Shown one piece after another: positions 11,421 to 24,435 of a stretch of DNA of 64,000 nt; the stretch's first letter is position 1, and each line of letters opens with the position of its first letter. Source of the stretch: Mytilus trossulus (Eukaryota); NCBI RefSeq assembly GCF_036588685.1, contig NC_086381.1:15314001-15378000 (forward strand). The letters are read 5' to 3'. A model generated the notes under the pieces. That model worked only from the letters and a program-made list of their open reading frames with translations, did not search any database and had not been told where the DNA came from. The translations under genes and the position numbers were made by a program.

Positions 11421-13754
11421 TAAGCGCATTAAGCGCATTTGACACTTCTAGTAAAACCCTTGATATTATAGACGTTCCATAAAATTAACTATCATAAGTA
11501 AAGCAGACGAGACATTACAGCATTTGCGATCTGGTATTCTATAGTCTGTAGTATATAGTTAAATCAATCCACATCTGCGTTGTATATACAGAACTTAAGA
11601 AAGTATTGTTGCACAAAATGTTGGTTATCGTCCAATCTCAAATTACTCATGAAAGATGCTGTTTTGCCGTAATTTTTTGTTTGATGGATATTATTTTGGT
11701 TTAAACGTTGCATATCCATATTATAGGCTATTAGTTAATAGTGTCAGTCTGCCTGAATTGCTCTTGACCGATTCTCAGAGCTGAATCTTTCAAACTTATT
11801 TAGAGATGTTTAGTTGTTGTTCTTTTAACTTTCGAGGTAAAGCGTTGAATAAAAAAAAATTAGTTTTAATGTTCATCCTTATCAAAATATATAGTTACAG
11901 GCTTCAACCAGTTGCAGGTTTATCAAATGGTAAAAGAAATACTGATTTCTGATTACTGGTAATAAGTCTGGTCACGCATTATCTTTCACGATCAAAATAA
12001 TGCGTTGCCTGATCTTTCACGATCAAGTTTGATGGATATTCAACAAATTCAAGGTTTTCATATACAAATTAATGCTTTTAAGAGAAGAACATACCTTAAA
12101 TTTACTGTACTATCAGATTCACCAAAGATTAAATTTCAAATATATCACGATGAACTGAAACATGACCATTATAGTAACAAAAAGCGTGTTATTTGTAATT
12201 AATTTCACAGATATGCATTGCGCCTTTTGTGTTTTTTTCATAAAGTACTGCATATTTTCTCTTTCTTATTTCACAGTAATGTTTGGGAAGTTAAACCATT
12301 TTGACAGACATATTTTTTTGTTCGGATTTGTTCCGCGTTTTGAAAACTAAGCGATTTTTTAAAAGATTCTGACCTAGAATTTCCATTAAATGTCTTTCAC
12401 GATCCGTTACCAGAGCTTTCACGATCGTCGCTCAATACTTGACCGCCGTTAGATATTCTTTCACGCTCATTTCCCTCGATAAACCGAATGACACCCGTGA
12501 TTTCTAGCTTAGAAGATTCTCGTCACTGCTAATCATATTTGTTGTTTAACCGTTATTTTGTTTTGTTCATAAATCATGCCTTTTAATTTATTTGTTTGAA
12601 TTGTTCACTACGATTTGCCATTTCAGGGCCTTCTGTAAATGGTCTACATGATGGGGTTTTCTCATTGTTGAAGACCGTATAGTGACCTATATGCCTCGGT
12701 GTTTAGATCCTCGCTCGGATTATATACATGCTGTTTAATTTCAACTGGATATCCGTCAACGGATACAGCTTTTATTCTTGATTTTCATATAAATTTTCAA
12801 ATAATTTTTATAATGAATAAAAATGCACCTATATACATCAATAATATAATTTATTTTTAATCTATGTTTGTACGATAAAGAGCCGAAAGAAGGACAAATA
12901 TGGTCCTATCCCTTGTCCCTAAGTAATACACACGTATGTGTACTTGAACCAAGTCAGGCAAGCAGGTCATATAAAATTGTATGTCTTTTTTTGGTTTGTA
13001 CTTCTATTATTTCTTTTAATAACACTTCAGTTATAATCAGGGGTTGATCCATGATTTTTGAAAAGGAGGACGTATTATAAGAAAACGTTATTTACTTTTT
13101 TGACAATTTTATATAAAACAATGACATTTTTTTCTATTTGATGTGTGTTACAAGGCTCCTCGGAATTCGGATCCCTCCATGGTTTTGAGTATGGATATCC
13201 GGTGTGCTATACATTCCTCCATTTCTTTTTTATTCAACATATATTCCTCATTGACGTTTTACGGTCGTGTTATTGTTTACGGCTATAACAAGTCACATGG
13301 AATTTCATTGAAATAGTATTTGCGACAGCGTTATCTTAAAAATATAAACAGAAACATTTCCATAAAAAGAGGCACATAATCCGAAAGTTATTTAAAAAGA
13401 CCATAAACGGAAACACGTAATTTGTCATTATTTTCATATTTCAGACGGAATTTCGATATACAAAATTCGAATTACACCTTGATAACAGGAGAGGGGCAAA
13501 AGATACCAGAGGGACGGTCGCAAATTATATTGTTAAGTTAAATGCATCAGAAAGGATTGAAAATAACTGATAAGATGCATTAAATAACATTTATTTTATT
13601 TTCTGAATAAATTATTCTTTATATATCAACCTGATACTACAGCGCATTATTATTTATACAAGAATTGTACTACACTTACTACACACTCGACGACAATTGT
13701 TTTTATATTGTTACTTTCCTTTCCTTGATTGGGATGTTCAGCCCCCTTTTTTTT

Positions 13755-14354
13755 TTAGCTCACCTGGTCCGAAGGACCAAGTGAGCTTTTCTCATCACTT
13801 GGCGTACGTCGTCCGTCGTCGTCGTCGTAAACTTTTAACATTTTGAAATTCTTCTAGAGAACCACTAAATGGAATGAAACTAAACATGGCATGAGTGTTC
13901 CCTGTGAGGTGCTGACCAAGTGTTGTTTCTTTGTAGCCAATCCATTATCCAAGATGGCCGCAAGCGGGGGACTTAGTTTAGCATAGGACCCTTTGGGAAA
14001 TACATACACCATTCTTCTTTTAGAGAGCCTCTGAATGGAATGAAACCAAACATAGCATGAATGTTCCTGGTGAGATGCTGACCAAGTGTTGTTACTTAGT
14101 AGCCAATCCATCATCCAAGATGACCACCAGCGAGGGGCTTAGTTTGACATAGGACCCTATTGGAAATACATAAAAGTCGTTTTCTAGAGAACCACTGAAT
14201 GGAATGAAACCAAAAATAGCATGAATGCCCCTTTCCTAATCAGGTGCTGGCCAAAAGTTGTTAATTTGCAGCCTGATTTTTTTTTTTTTTTTGATGATTT
14301 CAAAACCCCAAGTAGAGTCAGGTGAGCGATACAGGCTCTTAAGAGCCTCTAGTT
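13755..14354 (+). mobile_element. Helentron-associated (HINE/DINE-1-like) element with ~165-bp internal tandem repeats
   Basis: 5' T-run plus TAGCTCACCTG, a hairpin, a (GTC)n tract, and repeat starts at ~13854, 14021 and 14184 (agagaaccactgaatggaatgaaaccaaacatagcatg). The 3' end has the inverted CAGGTGAGCGA, the palindrome aggctcttaagagcct and TT. Confidence 0.85.
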
Positions 14355-15936
14355 CATTTCTCAGTTGTTAAGATTATGTGATATCTAAAATTTCATTTCA
14401 CGTAACAGTTTTATTACTGAAAAACATTAACACTTAAATGTTTCACCCAACCCCTAAACCATTTGCGGATATTGAACACCATTCATTGGCTTCTAGATGT
14501 ACATAGTCAAATATATTAAAAAAGTGGTAAAGCCAATACAAAAAGTCAGCAAAAAGAGTAAAATAAATAGATTTTCAGCTCCAAATTATATAAACAAAAT
14601 ACAAAAAAACATTATTTGAATATAAAATATTTTACAAATTAATAAAAGGAAATTCTTACTTGTTTGTTCCTCTAACGCGTGTTGCTGTTTAATATTCTTG
14701 TGAAAACCAAGATAAATATGTTGACTCTTCTGAATCAGATATAGTAAAATAACAATGTTACTGAGGTATGATTATAAATAACTGATATAATTACGTATCT
14801 TCCGTATCTTAATATTGTTTATAATTTGTCTTGGGGACACTGGATAATAAACCATTCCTTCCATTTGATAAAATATTATAACTACTGTATTAAAAGATTT
14901 AATTTGTTTGTTTATATAACGACACCAAAAATGACGATGATAGTTTCGGAGGTATGTAAACGGTCGTGAATCCTCAAACCAAATGTAACATAGTTTTGTA
15001 AAGAGAAAAAAATCATTATTTTGAATTAAATAGATGATATTAATTTAAGAAGGCGTTGTTGGTAAAAACACAGCGTTGACTAGATGTTGATATTGTAAAA
15101 GTATGCATTGATAAGAAATATGAGTGTACCCATTTTTAAACCTTACATATTTGAATGTAGATTTCATTTATAAATATATATATATTCGAATTTGAATGCG
15201 AGTGTATTAAAACTCGAATGAAACAGTTACGTTTTGAACCCACTGAGACACAAATCCAAGTTGATGTGTTTTAGTTACCATTACTGACAAATATAATTTC
15301 CCACAGTTTTAAAAATCTCTTAATGGGTCTTAATGGAAACGAAATGATAAAACTCAAGTTTACATTTGTTTATTTGTGAAGTACTGTCGTTTAGCTAGGT
15401 ATAAATATAGAAGTGACAATTATCAAAAGTCGAAGAAAAGCTAACATTGCCATTGCGAAAACGGAAAAAAGAAGAAAATATCAAAAGCCTATACACGGTT
15501 AGTTGGTGCTCTGACATTGTGCTTTCGAACAACATGATGTGTTATTACACCATATCCTGTTTTTTTTATATACATATAAACCTGTACATCTAAAAAAAGT
15601 TTGCTTCATTATTACTCAAGACGTCGACACAAGTGCCTCTGGTAATCAAATATAAAAGCAAGACAAAGTAACGCTCACGTGTTTTATGAGAGATTAGTCC
15701 AGAAACACTAAGAAACACGAATTCGGGTGTTTCTGAAATAATCATATTATATCATGATTAAAACATTAAACACTGACTAATTTCAAACCGTTTTAACCTC
15801 AGCTTTGCTTAAAATGCCAGTAGGAACGTCTCAATCTTGCAGTAAGGTGAAAGTTTTTATCCTGTTACTCTGTGTTAAAGACCTTACAGTGACTTTGAGA
15901 TATAGAACAATAATGAAGTGTTGTTTCTTTGCTTTC

Positions 15937-16007
15937 TGTGTGTTTATTTTGTTTTGCATGTACTGATTTTGTGTGTTTATTTTGTTTTGCATGTACTGAT
16001 TTTGTGT
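15937..16007. repeat. 33-bp perfect tandem duplication
   Basis: tgtgtgtttattttgttttgcatgtactgattt x2, plus a partial third unit. Confidence 0.8.
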
Positions 16008-18743
16008 CATGGTCCTCATAGATGATTAGCCCGTACAGAAAAAACCCAATTAATTTGTGAGCAAAACAACAACTTCAAAATCGGAAGTGAATTTAGATAT
16101 TAAATGAAGAAGTTTTCTCTGTTGAAGACACACAATGAGTGCTGGACTTCGCCTGTTTTTTGCCCTCTGGTTGTGTTGTTTTTCTATGAAACATTTCCCT
16201 TTTCTCAATGTAATTTTTGAAAAAGATTGTATTCAGGCTTTGGCAAACAGATGAAATCAAAAAATGATTTTCCCTCATTGATTGGTGGCAAATGAATTAT
16301 TGCACAGTATTAACTTTTTTAAGTTTCGACAAAGCAAGTGAAAAAAATTATATATACCCTACCTGTTTTAGTGTTTTAGTAATGAGAAAGATTTGTGTCC
16401 CTTTATCCTCTAAAATGAATGAATATATCTTTACTGCATGAACAGTGCTTTCGTACTGAATTGTACGGAAACAGAGGTTGCCCCATATTGTAATTTTATG
16501 ATTCATTTTCAGAAGGTGTAATCAAAGTTAAGGGTATATTTAATTATCAAATGACTGACAGGAAATCTGTACTCTTATAAAGATGTTCTACTTACAATTG
16601 ATCTTCTCCTACATATTTTAACTAGTCCACCTGAAAGTTTATAATTAGCAAATATGAAATTTCACAAAAAAGTGGAAAATTGAAATAAAAACCGGGAAGA
16701 TTTAAAGATACTTTGTAATTCGTCTATTGTATAAAAAACCTCGTGAAGTGAGGCGGAAATATTTCCTTCAATTAGACATAAGATTCATTTATATTTCATT
16801 TAACCGTAATATAGCGTGTTGTCTACATATTAAAGGCACATTGTATTTAAACATTTGTTGTGTGCATTTCAGTGTGAAGTTTAAAGTTAAAACGTACCGA
16901 AACTGATATATGGTGGTTAATGAACATATTTACTCGTCTTTCTTTCTAATGAATACCAACTATATCTGATTAGTGTGCAAGTTGCTTTTTTTTATTAATT
17001 TAAGCATTTTTTTTTTATGTCAACCAAATATCATCCCGAACAACTAATGTCATAAAAAGTCTTTGTCATACGGTCGTCATTCAAAATAAAATAAGTGCCC
17101 ACAATGCATACATGCATATCAATCTCTGAATTGCCCCTGATATCATCTCGTGAATGAAAACAGTACATACCATACACTTGCCATACATTTGAGCACCAAA
17201 TGTTTTAGAATAGACAGAATACAAAGGAATAACAATTAGTTGTGAGATTCCCGACTTTAGACACAAGCAAGTTCTTTTGACGGAGTTTTACGTAATTAGC
17301 TAAATCATTGTAAAAAAGACAACGAAAACGTAGATTAAAACCGTAAGAAGAAAGCTACTTCAAATTAGATTATGGAATAGCATTAGTGGCAAAATTGGCC
17401 TAATAACAATATATTATGTTTGACTTGAGCCATAGGTTTGACGCCCCGGGTCCTGGGTTTTGAAGTTAGGATATATTTTAACAAGTGCTAAAGACGGACG
17501 TTTTTTCTGAGTTTTGTTAGATGTCTTTACGATACACCGCCGAACAGGGTAAGAATAAGGACTACACAGAAATTGAAACACTCATTGCACATGTTTAAAA
17601 GAAAATCATTTTTTTCATCTTAGTCGACTTTTATGGCAGAGCCTGCTTGTTAGTTTTGTTAATTGCTCTCGTCTTGATTATGCATGTTATATTTGCCGTT
17701 TCGGCATTAATCAAATATCAAGCAAACAACCGATGAAATGAACCGGTCGCTGTTTCTTCGAAATGTATTTTAAATACCGATGTTATCCATTTTGTCTTTA
17801 TCTAAGAAAACACGATGTATTGCAAATTGAATATTTCATCTATGTCTTCGAATTGTTTTGGTGTGGGTGTTTCTAATAAATGTAAATCAAGAAAAGCGCT
17901 TTGATCGCACGCTTTTTGTCATGTGTTATTTTCATTTAGAGAAAGAATTAACACCCATGAATCTTCAAGCAAAACTTTGTAAATGAGTTGATATGCATTG
18001 TAGCAAAAAAATAGAATGCCAAATAATAGCTGCCTTAATCTACAAATAAACCTGTTTAAAGGAAAAGGAAAAGTTTGAAAGTTTTACAAATAGTTCGTTC
18101 CTTCGACTCTTATATGCTATTGCACAGAGGAAGAAAGAAAATAACGTTTGCAGATACCAATCTTCATAAAAAAAAAGAGTCAGATACTCATTGCCATCAA
18201 GAAAAGAAGAAGGAAAATAACAGGAAATAATAAATGTCGTTTCATTTGTCACACTGTTGGAAACTTCCTTTAAAAGCTCTTACTTGGTGTTTTCCGTGTT
18301 TTCCGTGTTTCAAGTTTTTTTTTTATGTTTCTTGTTTTTAATGGGAATCAATCATGCAATGACTATGATCAAGATTATATATCATAAAATGTACTATTTA
18401 GGTTCTCTCTTAGATAGTTTCGTACTTTGTTATTCCGGAGTCTTTTTATAGCTTACTATACAGTTTTGGGTTTTCTCATGGCTGATGCCACATTATAAAT
18501 CGTAGTTGATTATATCCTTGTACTTCGGGCTTTAGTCGCATTGGTGATCATATCACATCTTATCATCGTTTTATGTATAACATGGTATCCAACTCATAGT
18601 TTCTAAAAGCTGTATTTATTATAAAAATGAACAAAAAATATTATGCAAAACAGTAAAAATATGTAGATAAATATAAATGTAAAAAACAAATCATTAAATA
18701 TAGCAGTAAAGCTCAGAGTATGCAAAGTTTTGTTCATAACAAA

Positions 18744-20528
18744 TTAATGTTTTCTACAAGCATCCGTGCAGTATGTACTTGGTGGACATTTATTCTGGTT
18801 GCATAGAGAAACACAGTATTGGTCGGCATACGGATTACGTCTTTTAAACAGTGGAGTTGCTTTGCATGTACCAATAGCATGTCCTAAAATTGGTAGGAAG
18901 CTAAATGGGCGTCCTTGTTGAACACCGGTACCAGTACCAGAAGACTGACTGGTTCCTGACGATGCAATAGCTATATCTGCACAGCCATAAAACTGTTCTT
19001 GTGGTCCGCAGCCAATACAACATTTATGGTTGTTATCACAATTATATGAATTCCCTGTAAAATATTAGTTAAAATTTGAATTCCAATTTATCCTATTATT
19101 TTAATAAAAATGTACAACATTGTTCATGATAATTTGTTTTAAAAACCAACCAAAAACAAACCCCTGTGTAACAAATTGACCAAAGGCCTTTCTGTTTTCT
19201 CCTCTTTGGTCGTGTTGTTGTCTCTTTGACGCAATTCCCATTACTATGCTCAATTTTATTACTGCGCTTCGTAACACAGAAATATTGGAAATATACAAAC
19301 CAAAAGTAAAGACTGTTGTTCGTCATTATGATCAGATGCCTATAACGGATAGGTGCATATTGTCCTTATTTGTTCGATTTAAACAGTGAGTTATTAACGA
19401 TTTGAAAAAATAAAAGAAGATATGGTATGATTGGTAATGAAAAAGTCTATTCAAAGACATTTGCTAAAGTTGCATTTTCAAGGTAGTAATATTAGAGAAT
19501 GTCTTACCCGTATTCCATTTCCATTGTAAAACGCACTGCTTGCATGACAACCCTTGAGGGAGTACCAAATGAACTGTATATGTACCAATTGCACCTGGTT
19601 CGTAAAACTTAGTCTGACCACTAGGTTGTTGCAGTACATATCTATCTAGACATGCTTGTGTAGCTGGTTGACGTGGATTATTTACTGGACAAAGACGGAA
19701 CTCAAAGTATCCAAGATGAGTAGCAGTGACTTGGACTTTGACCTCAATTGTCTGTCCTGATTTATAGTGTCCAGTAACAATACCGTTTGCATATTTCCCT
19801 CCAGCCTCGTTATCATGCGCTTCATTCCAAGGGTCTCCACATACTCCACATTTTCCACCATTCACTGCCCATTGTGTCTAAAAATGATGAGTACGTGGTA
19901 CATGTTTTACTTCGTATTTAAAATATATAGATAGCGCACATATGCAAGCATTCATTAACCTATTTATTCAAATTAACAAAAATATTTAAATGTGACATTG
20001 TCTTATTTGTTCTATACAAAAAACAACGAGCGAAATTATAAAAATACTAAATGGCATAGTAATTTTGCCTTATTGGAGGACATGCACATCTAACAACCGG
20101 GTGCCCTTCTCCTACTTCCTAAAACATACCCGTACACAATTTTCATAAAGATATCAAAAGCTTCTATTAAACTCAGTATACCTTTAAAATAGCCGAGTGC
20201 TAATGGTAAACACGGTAACGATCCAAAAAGATATCTTATATAACTCAGGTGCTACATGTATAATAGTTAAACACGATATTAAGCATTTAGTTTGTACTGC
20301 TTAATTATTTCACTCGAATTTTTTTTGGTACTTATTATTGCATACTTTTGATATATTTATCTTGATACTTACATTGAAGCCACCACAATATAATTGGTTG
20401 TCGTTGTAATTTTTAGGTGTTTTGTATCCATAACGCCACATCGTAGATCTACCGGGAGGAGAAACAAGTCTTCCGTGTCCGAACACAGATGCAATTATTG
20501 CTACCAGAACTGTTATTTGCAGCAACAT
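18744..20528 (-). CDS. LPMO2: AA15-family LPMO, ~278 aa, with C-terminal 6-Cys module; exons 20528-20373, 19877-19508, 19054-18744
   Basis: Signal MLLQITVLVAIIASVFG|HGRLVSPPGRSTMWR, then TATHLGYFEFRLC, CVLQWKWNTGN and QEQFYGCADI. Tail CKATPLFKRRNPYADQYCVSLCNQNKCPPSTYCTDACRKH*. GT-AG introns; the middle exon is 370 bp as in all four copies. Confidence 0.93.
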
Positions 20529-20802
20529 AATGATATCCTGAAGAAAACCAAGCAGAAGTAATTTTTTTTTCATATTTTGTGAAAAATTTCTGTACAAGTT
20601 CACTGTTAAGATAATTAACAACTGTTGACAATGTCAATACCTTTTCTTAGGTATTCACTGGTCTACATGTCTTGCGAATAAGCAAACGTTTTCGTTTTAT
20701 TATTTAGAAGTTATAATTATTACTATCAAATGTTTTAAATAAATGTATTTTTTTTTGAACAAAATAGTGTTTGAAAAAAACAAAAAGTATATATTTTTAC
20801 TT

Positions 20803-20965
20803 ACTTTTGTTAAATGCTGAATATTGCCACTTTTTTCTGTTTGTATACAATGTTCCATGTGCTTCCGTATTTATAGTACAAGACACGGATATTCAAGATA
20901 ATCAGTGAAGATTAATTAGTTTACTTTAAGATAATCCATACTTTAATCTCTTCGAAACGTACGTA
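20803..20965 (-). promoter_or_regulatory. LPMO2 TATA core promoter and short non-coding first exon
   Basis: Minus strand reads tacgtacgtttcgaagagatt..aatatccgt..cTATAAATAcggaagcacat..ttgtatacaaaca..GTAAGT (TATA 20868-20875, donor ~20803). It is homologous to the blocks upstream of LPMO3 and LPMO4. An acceptor sits just before the ATG at 20538-20539. Confidence 0.7.
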
Positions 20966-21289
20966 TTTTTGAGAAAATAATTGATTGAACTTTTTTAGTG
21001 ATCTGCACTTATACTTTTCGAGGTGAAAAGTATCTCGGGCCATTATAATGGCGTATGTGACGTCCCATGCTTTGTGTTAACTTGAAACCATTACGTTCAT
21101 CGTATCACTGAACGTCACAAAACAAGGGATTTGCAATACCCTTCAAAAATTGAAAATAAGAAAAGGAAAACGTTAAAGAAACACTCGGTTCAATTATATC
21201 ATTTTAACTTTACTTTCCACTTTATATAGATAATGTTCTAGCTCTTACTAAAGAATCAAAAATTTGGTGACTATGTTATACTCTTCCAT

Positions 21290-21620
21290 GCCATCGAACT
21301 AGAGATAAAAGATACAACAGGCCTACATACAGTTATCATATCTTGACTTACATCTATATATTGACAATGAGGGTTGGTTGTAAAAAAAAGCTGTACGAAA
21401 AACGAGATAATTTAAGCTTCCCAATTGTGAACTTTACATTTCTATGTAGCAACATTCGAGCAGTTTCTGCATACGGAGTATATATCTCCCAATTGGTACA
21501 CTATTCCTGCGCTTGTATTTCCTATCACGATTAACTTGATAGAGGTTTGTTTCTCACAAGGAAACTTTTAAACCAAGAGTTCCAAATGATAAAATTGAAA
21601 TCATACCTTCCTAAATTGAC
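21290..21620 (+). mobile_element. decayed Penelope-like retroelement reverse transcriptase fragment
   Basis: Translates to LYEKRDNLSFPIVNFTFLCSNIRAVSAYGVYISQLVHYSCACISYHD*LDRGLFLTRKLLNQEF. This matches the recalled Penelope-type pattern LYDKRDDFxFxIVNFPxLxSNIP..AYGVYISQL and contains an internal stop. Confidence 0.7.
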
Positions 21621-21974
21621 ATTCACATATGACCTGAAAATATGTGTTTGCATTTTAACAGTATTTTTATAAAACCGTCCGTACATTTTTAATTGTGAAT
21701 TTTTTTCTTTGAGTGTAGCGAACTTTCCAGGATCACTTGTATATCGAGTATAAAACTCCTTGTTAATACAATTTACCATTTTTCGCTATTTTCGTCGTTT
21801 TTGTTTTCCCTTTCCTAAATGAACTCTTATTGCCTTTTGATGATATATTTTTTATTTAGAAATTAGTTGTTTGTCACAATTCCCTCACGAGTAGGTTACA
21901 GTAGCAACTAAGGGGTCATCATCAACAACTATTTAAGAGAACAATTCATATATGTACTCAAAAAGAAGATATAT

Positions 21975-22386
21975 AGATTCTTACACTGCAACAAGTGTAT
22001 TACGATATAACTCCACTCGAGACAGTTACATTTTATTATTTAAAGCGCGAGGCTTGCCGAGCCCTTTAAATAATAAAATGTAACTGTCGAGAGTGGAGAA
22101 ATATCGTAATACACGAGTTATAGTTTCGGAATCTGTTTCTCTAATGCTTTTTATCGTTCTTTTTCAAAGATTTTCAGAAAATTGTGCTCTTTATATGCGA
22201 CGTCATCAGGCAAGGTCGCCTTTTTTCATGACGTCACAATAGGGAAATTGAGAAGAAAACAAAACATTTTGACTTCATAATCAAATTCGACTAATCATTT
22301 GCCGAGAACAGATTTTTCACTAGTGAGGAGAAATATTTTTCTCACACCGGTCAGGAAATGTGAAAATAGCACAAAAATTAGAGAAA
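21975..22386. mobile_element. non-autonomous element with a long hairpin (Crypton-like architecture)
   Basis: Arms gtgtattacgatat..ctccactc..gacagttacattttattatttaaag and ctttaaataataaaatgtaactgtc..gagtggag..atatcgtaatacac (21995-22114) surround the loop cgcgaggcttgccgagcc. A further inverted pair is ttctctaat (~22137) / attagagaa (~22377). The family call is from memory only. Confidence 0.55.
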
Positions 22387-24435
22387 ATATTTTCCCCACT
22401 TGTATTGTTTTCTTTAGAATTGACGTTTTCTTAGTGATACGATTACCGATACTTTACCATACAAATCTTAATCATATATCTGCAATAGCTCGATATCTAA
22501 TAAATTCAATTTTCTGTCTAAATTGAAACATAATTTAAAACTCCTTTGATAACAATAGAAAAGAAAGACAAACGGAAAGATAAACAAAATATAAAATTAC
22601 TTCGAAAGACTAAGTTATCAAACACCATAATTTATTAACCGAACAAATGATTCAATTAATGACTGATAATCGCTTGTTTCATATTGTCTAAAAGAAAGGG
22701 AACTAGATTGTTTCTTGTGATCTGACCAGGATTAGGAAGTAAAATATGTACAAATCGCAAACAAGATAATAACAATTATCTCCTAATGATTTCTTCGCTC
22801 GTAGTCATAAAGTTGTGTTTAAAACATGTCTGGATATGAAGAAATGAGGAAGTAATGTCCGACTTCTCGTTGAAATTTGAGACCAGAGAATTTTGAGACC
22901 TTCTTTATTTTACTTTTCTGCTCTAAATCGTTATAAATAAACTCACCATAGATACCAGGCGTCACGGTCATAAAGCAAGATGTTTGTACTCAGACTCGAA
23001 TATCAACCAATCAAATTGCTGGATTTCATGTTTCGAGCATGATTTTTGTGCGCAGAGTAATGAGCAAAGTTCTATGCCCTCAAGGCTAGGATTACATTTT
23101 GTATCTACGCAAGACGCGCGTTTCGTCTACAAAAGACTCATCCGGTAACAAAATTGTTCAGCGTAAATTGGCATGAATATCTTCTATTGCAATAGCATGA
23201 TGCATTTGTTCGAAGAGGATAGTTATTCGGCAAAATAATGATTCTTACTACCAGTCTTTCCTTTAAAACCCACCAGTGCTCTGCCAAATGAAGAAAATAT
23301 CCAATGACTAGATGTTAACCGACAGTCAAACAAAAAGCACCGAATTGACCTTATAGAATATCAACACACAACAAACATTATCACCAGATAAAAAAACCTT
23401 TCACTTATCAATAATAACATCAGGTGTAAGATGAACGCTCTGACCTTCAGATCAATGAGTAATGCATGCAGACAATAAATCATCTGGGAAACAACGGAAC
23501 TATGTTGCTTTGTGGATGATGCTAACAGGATTTGGAAGTACTTGTAACAATTCATCTTTATCTAAGAGTATACAAACTTTACTCTGAATCATTCAAAATT
23601 TGCACCAAGACAAGTTCACCTTGTACCTAGATAAATCTCTCAATACATCCAATATACATTATTTTAAGTAGTGCAAAGGCCTATAGGCGTATTCAGTGCG
23701 GGGGCTGGTCGAGGAAAAAAATGGTTTATTATATAGGGAATCATCCACTGAAATGATGTTCCATGTATGAAAAAATTATACGAATAACCTCGTTTCATCG
23801 ACTATTTTATTTTTCAACATTTATTGATATATAAGCTGAATGTTTATGTTTATTGTCAACAAAGTGCAACATGATAGGTGCAGCATAACTGTTCAGAACA
23901 TTATCAATCCAATTTTTAATTAACATTTTGTTTTACAGGTTGCTTTTTCATATGAAATGTTGACAAAAACCACTTCATACCAATTATATGCTGTGTTTCC
24001 TGACTAAAAGGTTATAAAAATAAGTCAAATCATATGTTGAAATCAAAAGTAATAAAAAGTAGAGGTCAATAGGGCTTACTCTGCGTTATTATAATATCAG
24101 GCCTGTTACGTCCAGACATTGATCAATGTGTTATTTTATAAACATATCGTCCTAAATATGAATGAGATAATTGCAATTGGACATTAAATAAGCAGCAGCA
24201 TTTAAATTAATTTACCTCTTATTTCTCTTGTTGGGGCACCCAAAGCAGCGGAAGTATTTATTTCCCTGAACTAACATCCTTAGAGTATTCCCTCTCACAT
24301 CATAAGTCAGAAAAAATATTTTACTGAAGAATATTAAATCATTTTATTGTTTAACCTTAGTAGTATTTAGCCAATCCTGTTTCATGTCTTTTTAGGGCAC
24401 ACAGCTCCTTACGTGTTCAAGTATATAGTATACAT

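Larger units (their letters stand above)
8810..12499. mobile_element. 3.7-kb non-autonomous DNA transposon, CAC..GTG termini, 5-bp TSD (Transib-like)
   Basis: ~115-bp terminal inverted repeats (TIRs) at 8810-8924 and 12385-12499 with about 4 mismatches, starting CACGGGTGTCATT. ATTTC is duplicated at 8805-8809 and 12500-12504. The motif GATCGTGAAAG recurs subterminally at both ends. No transposase ORF is visible. Confidence 0.88.
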
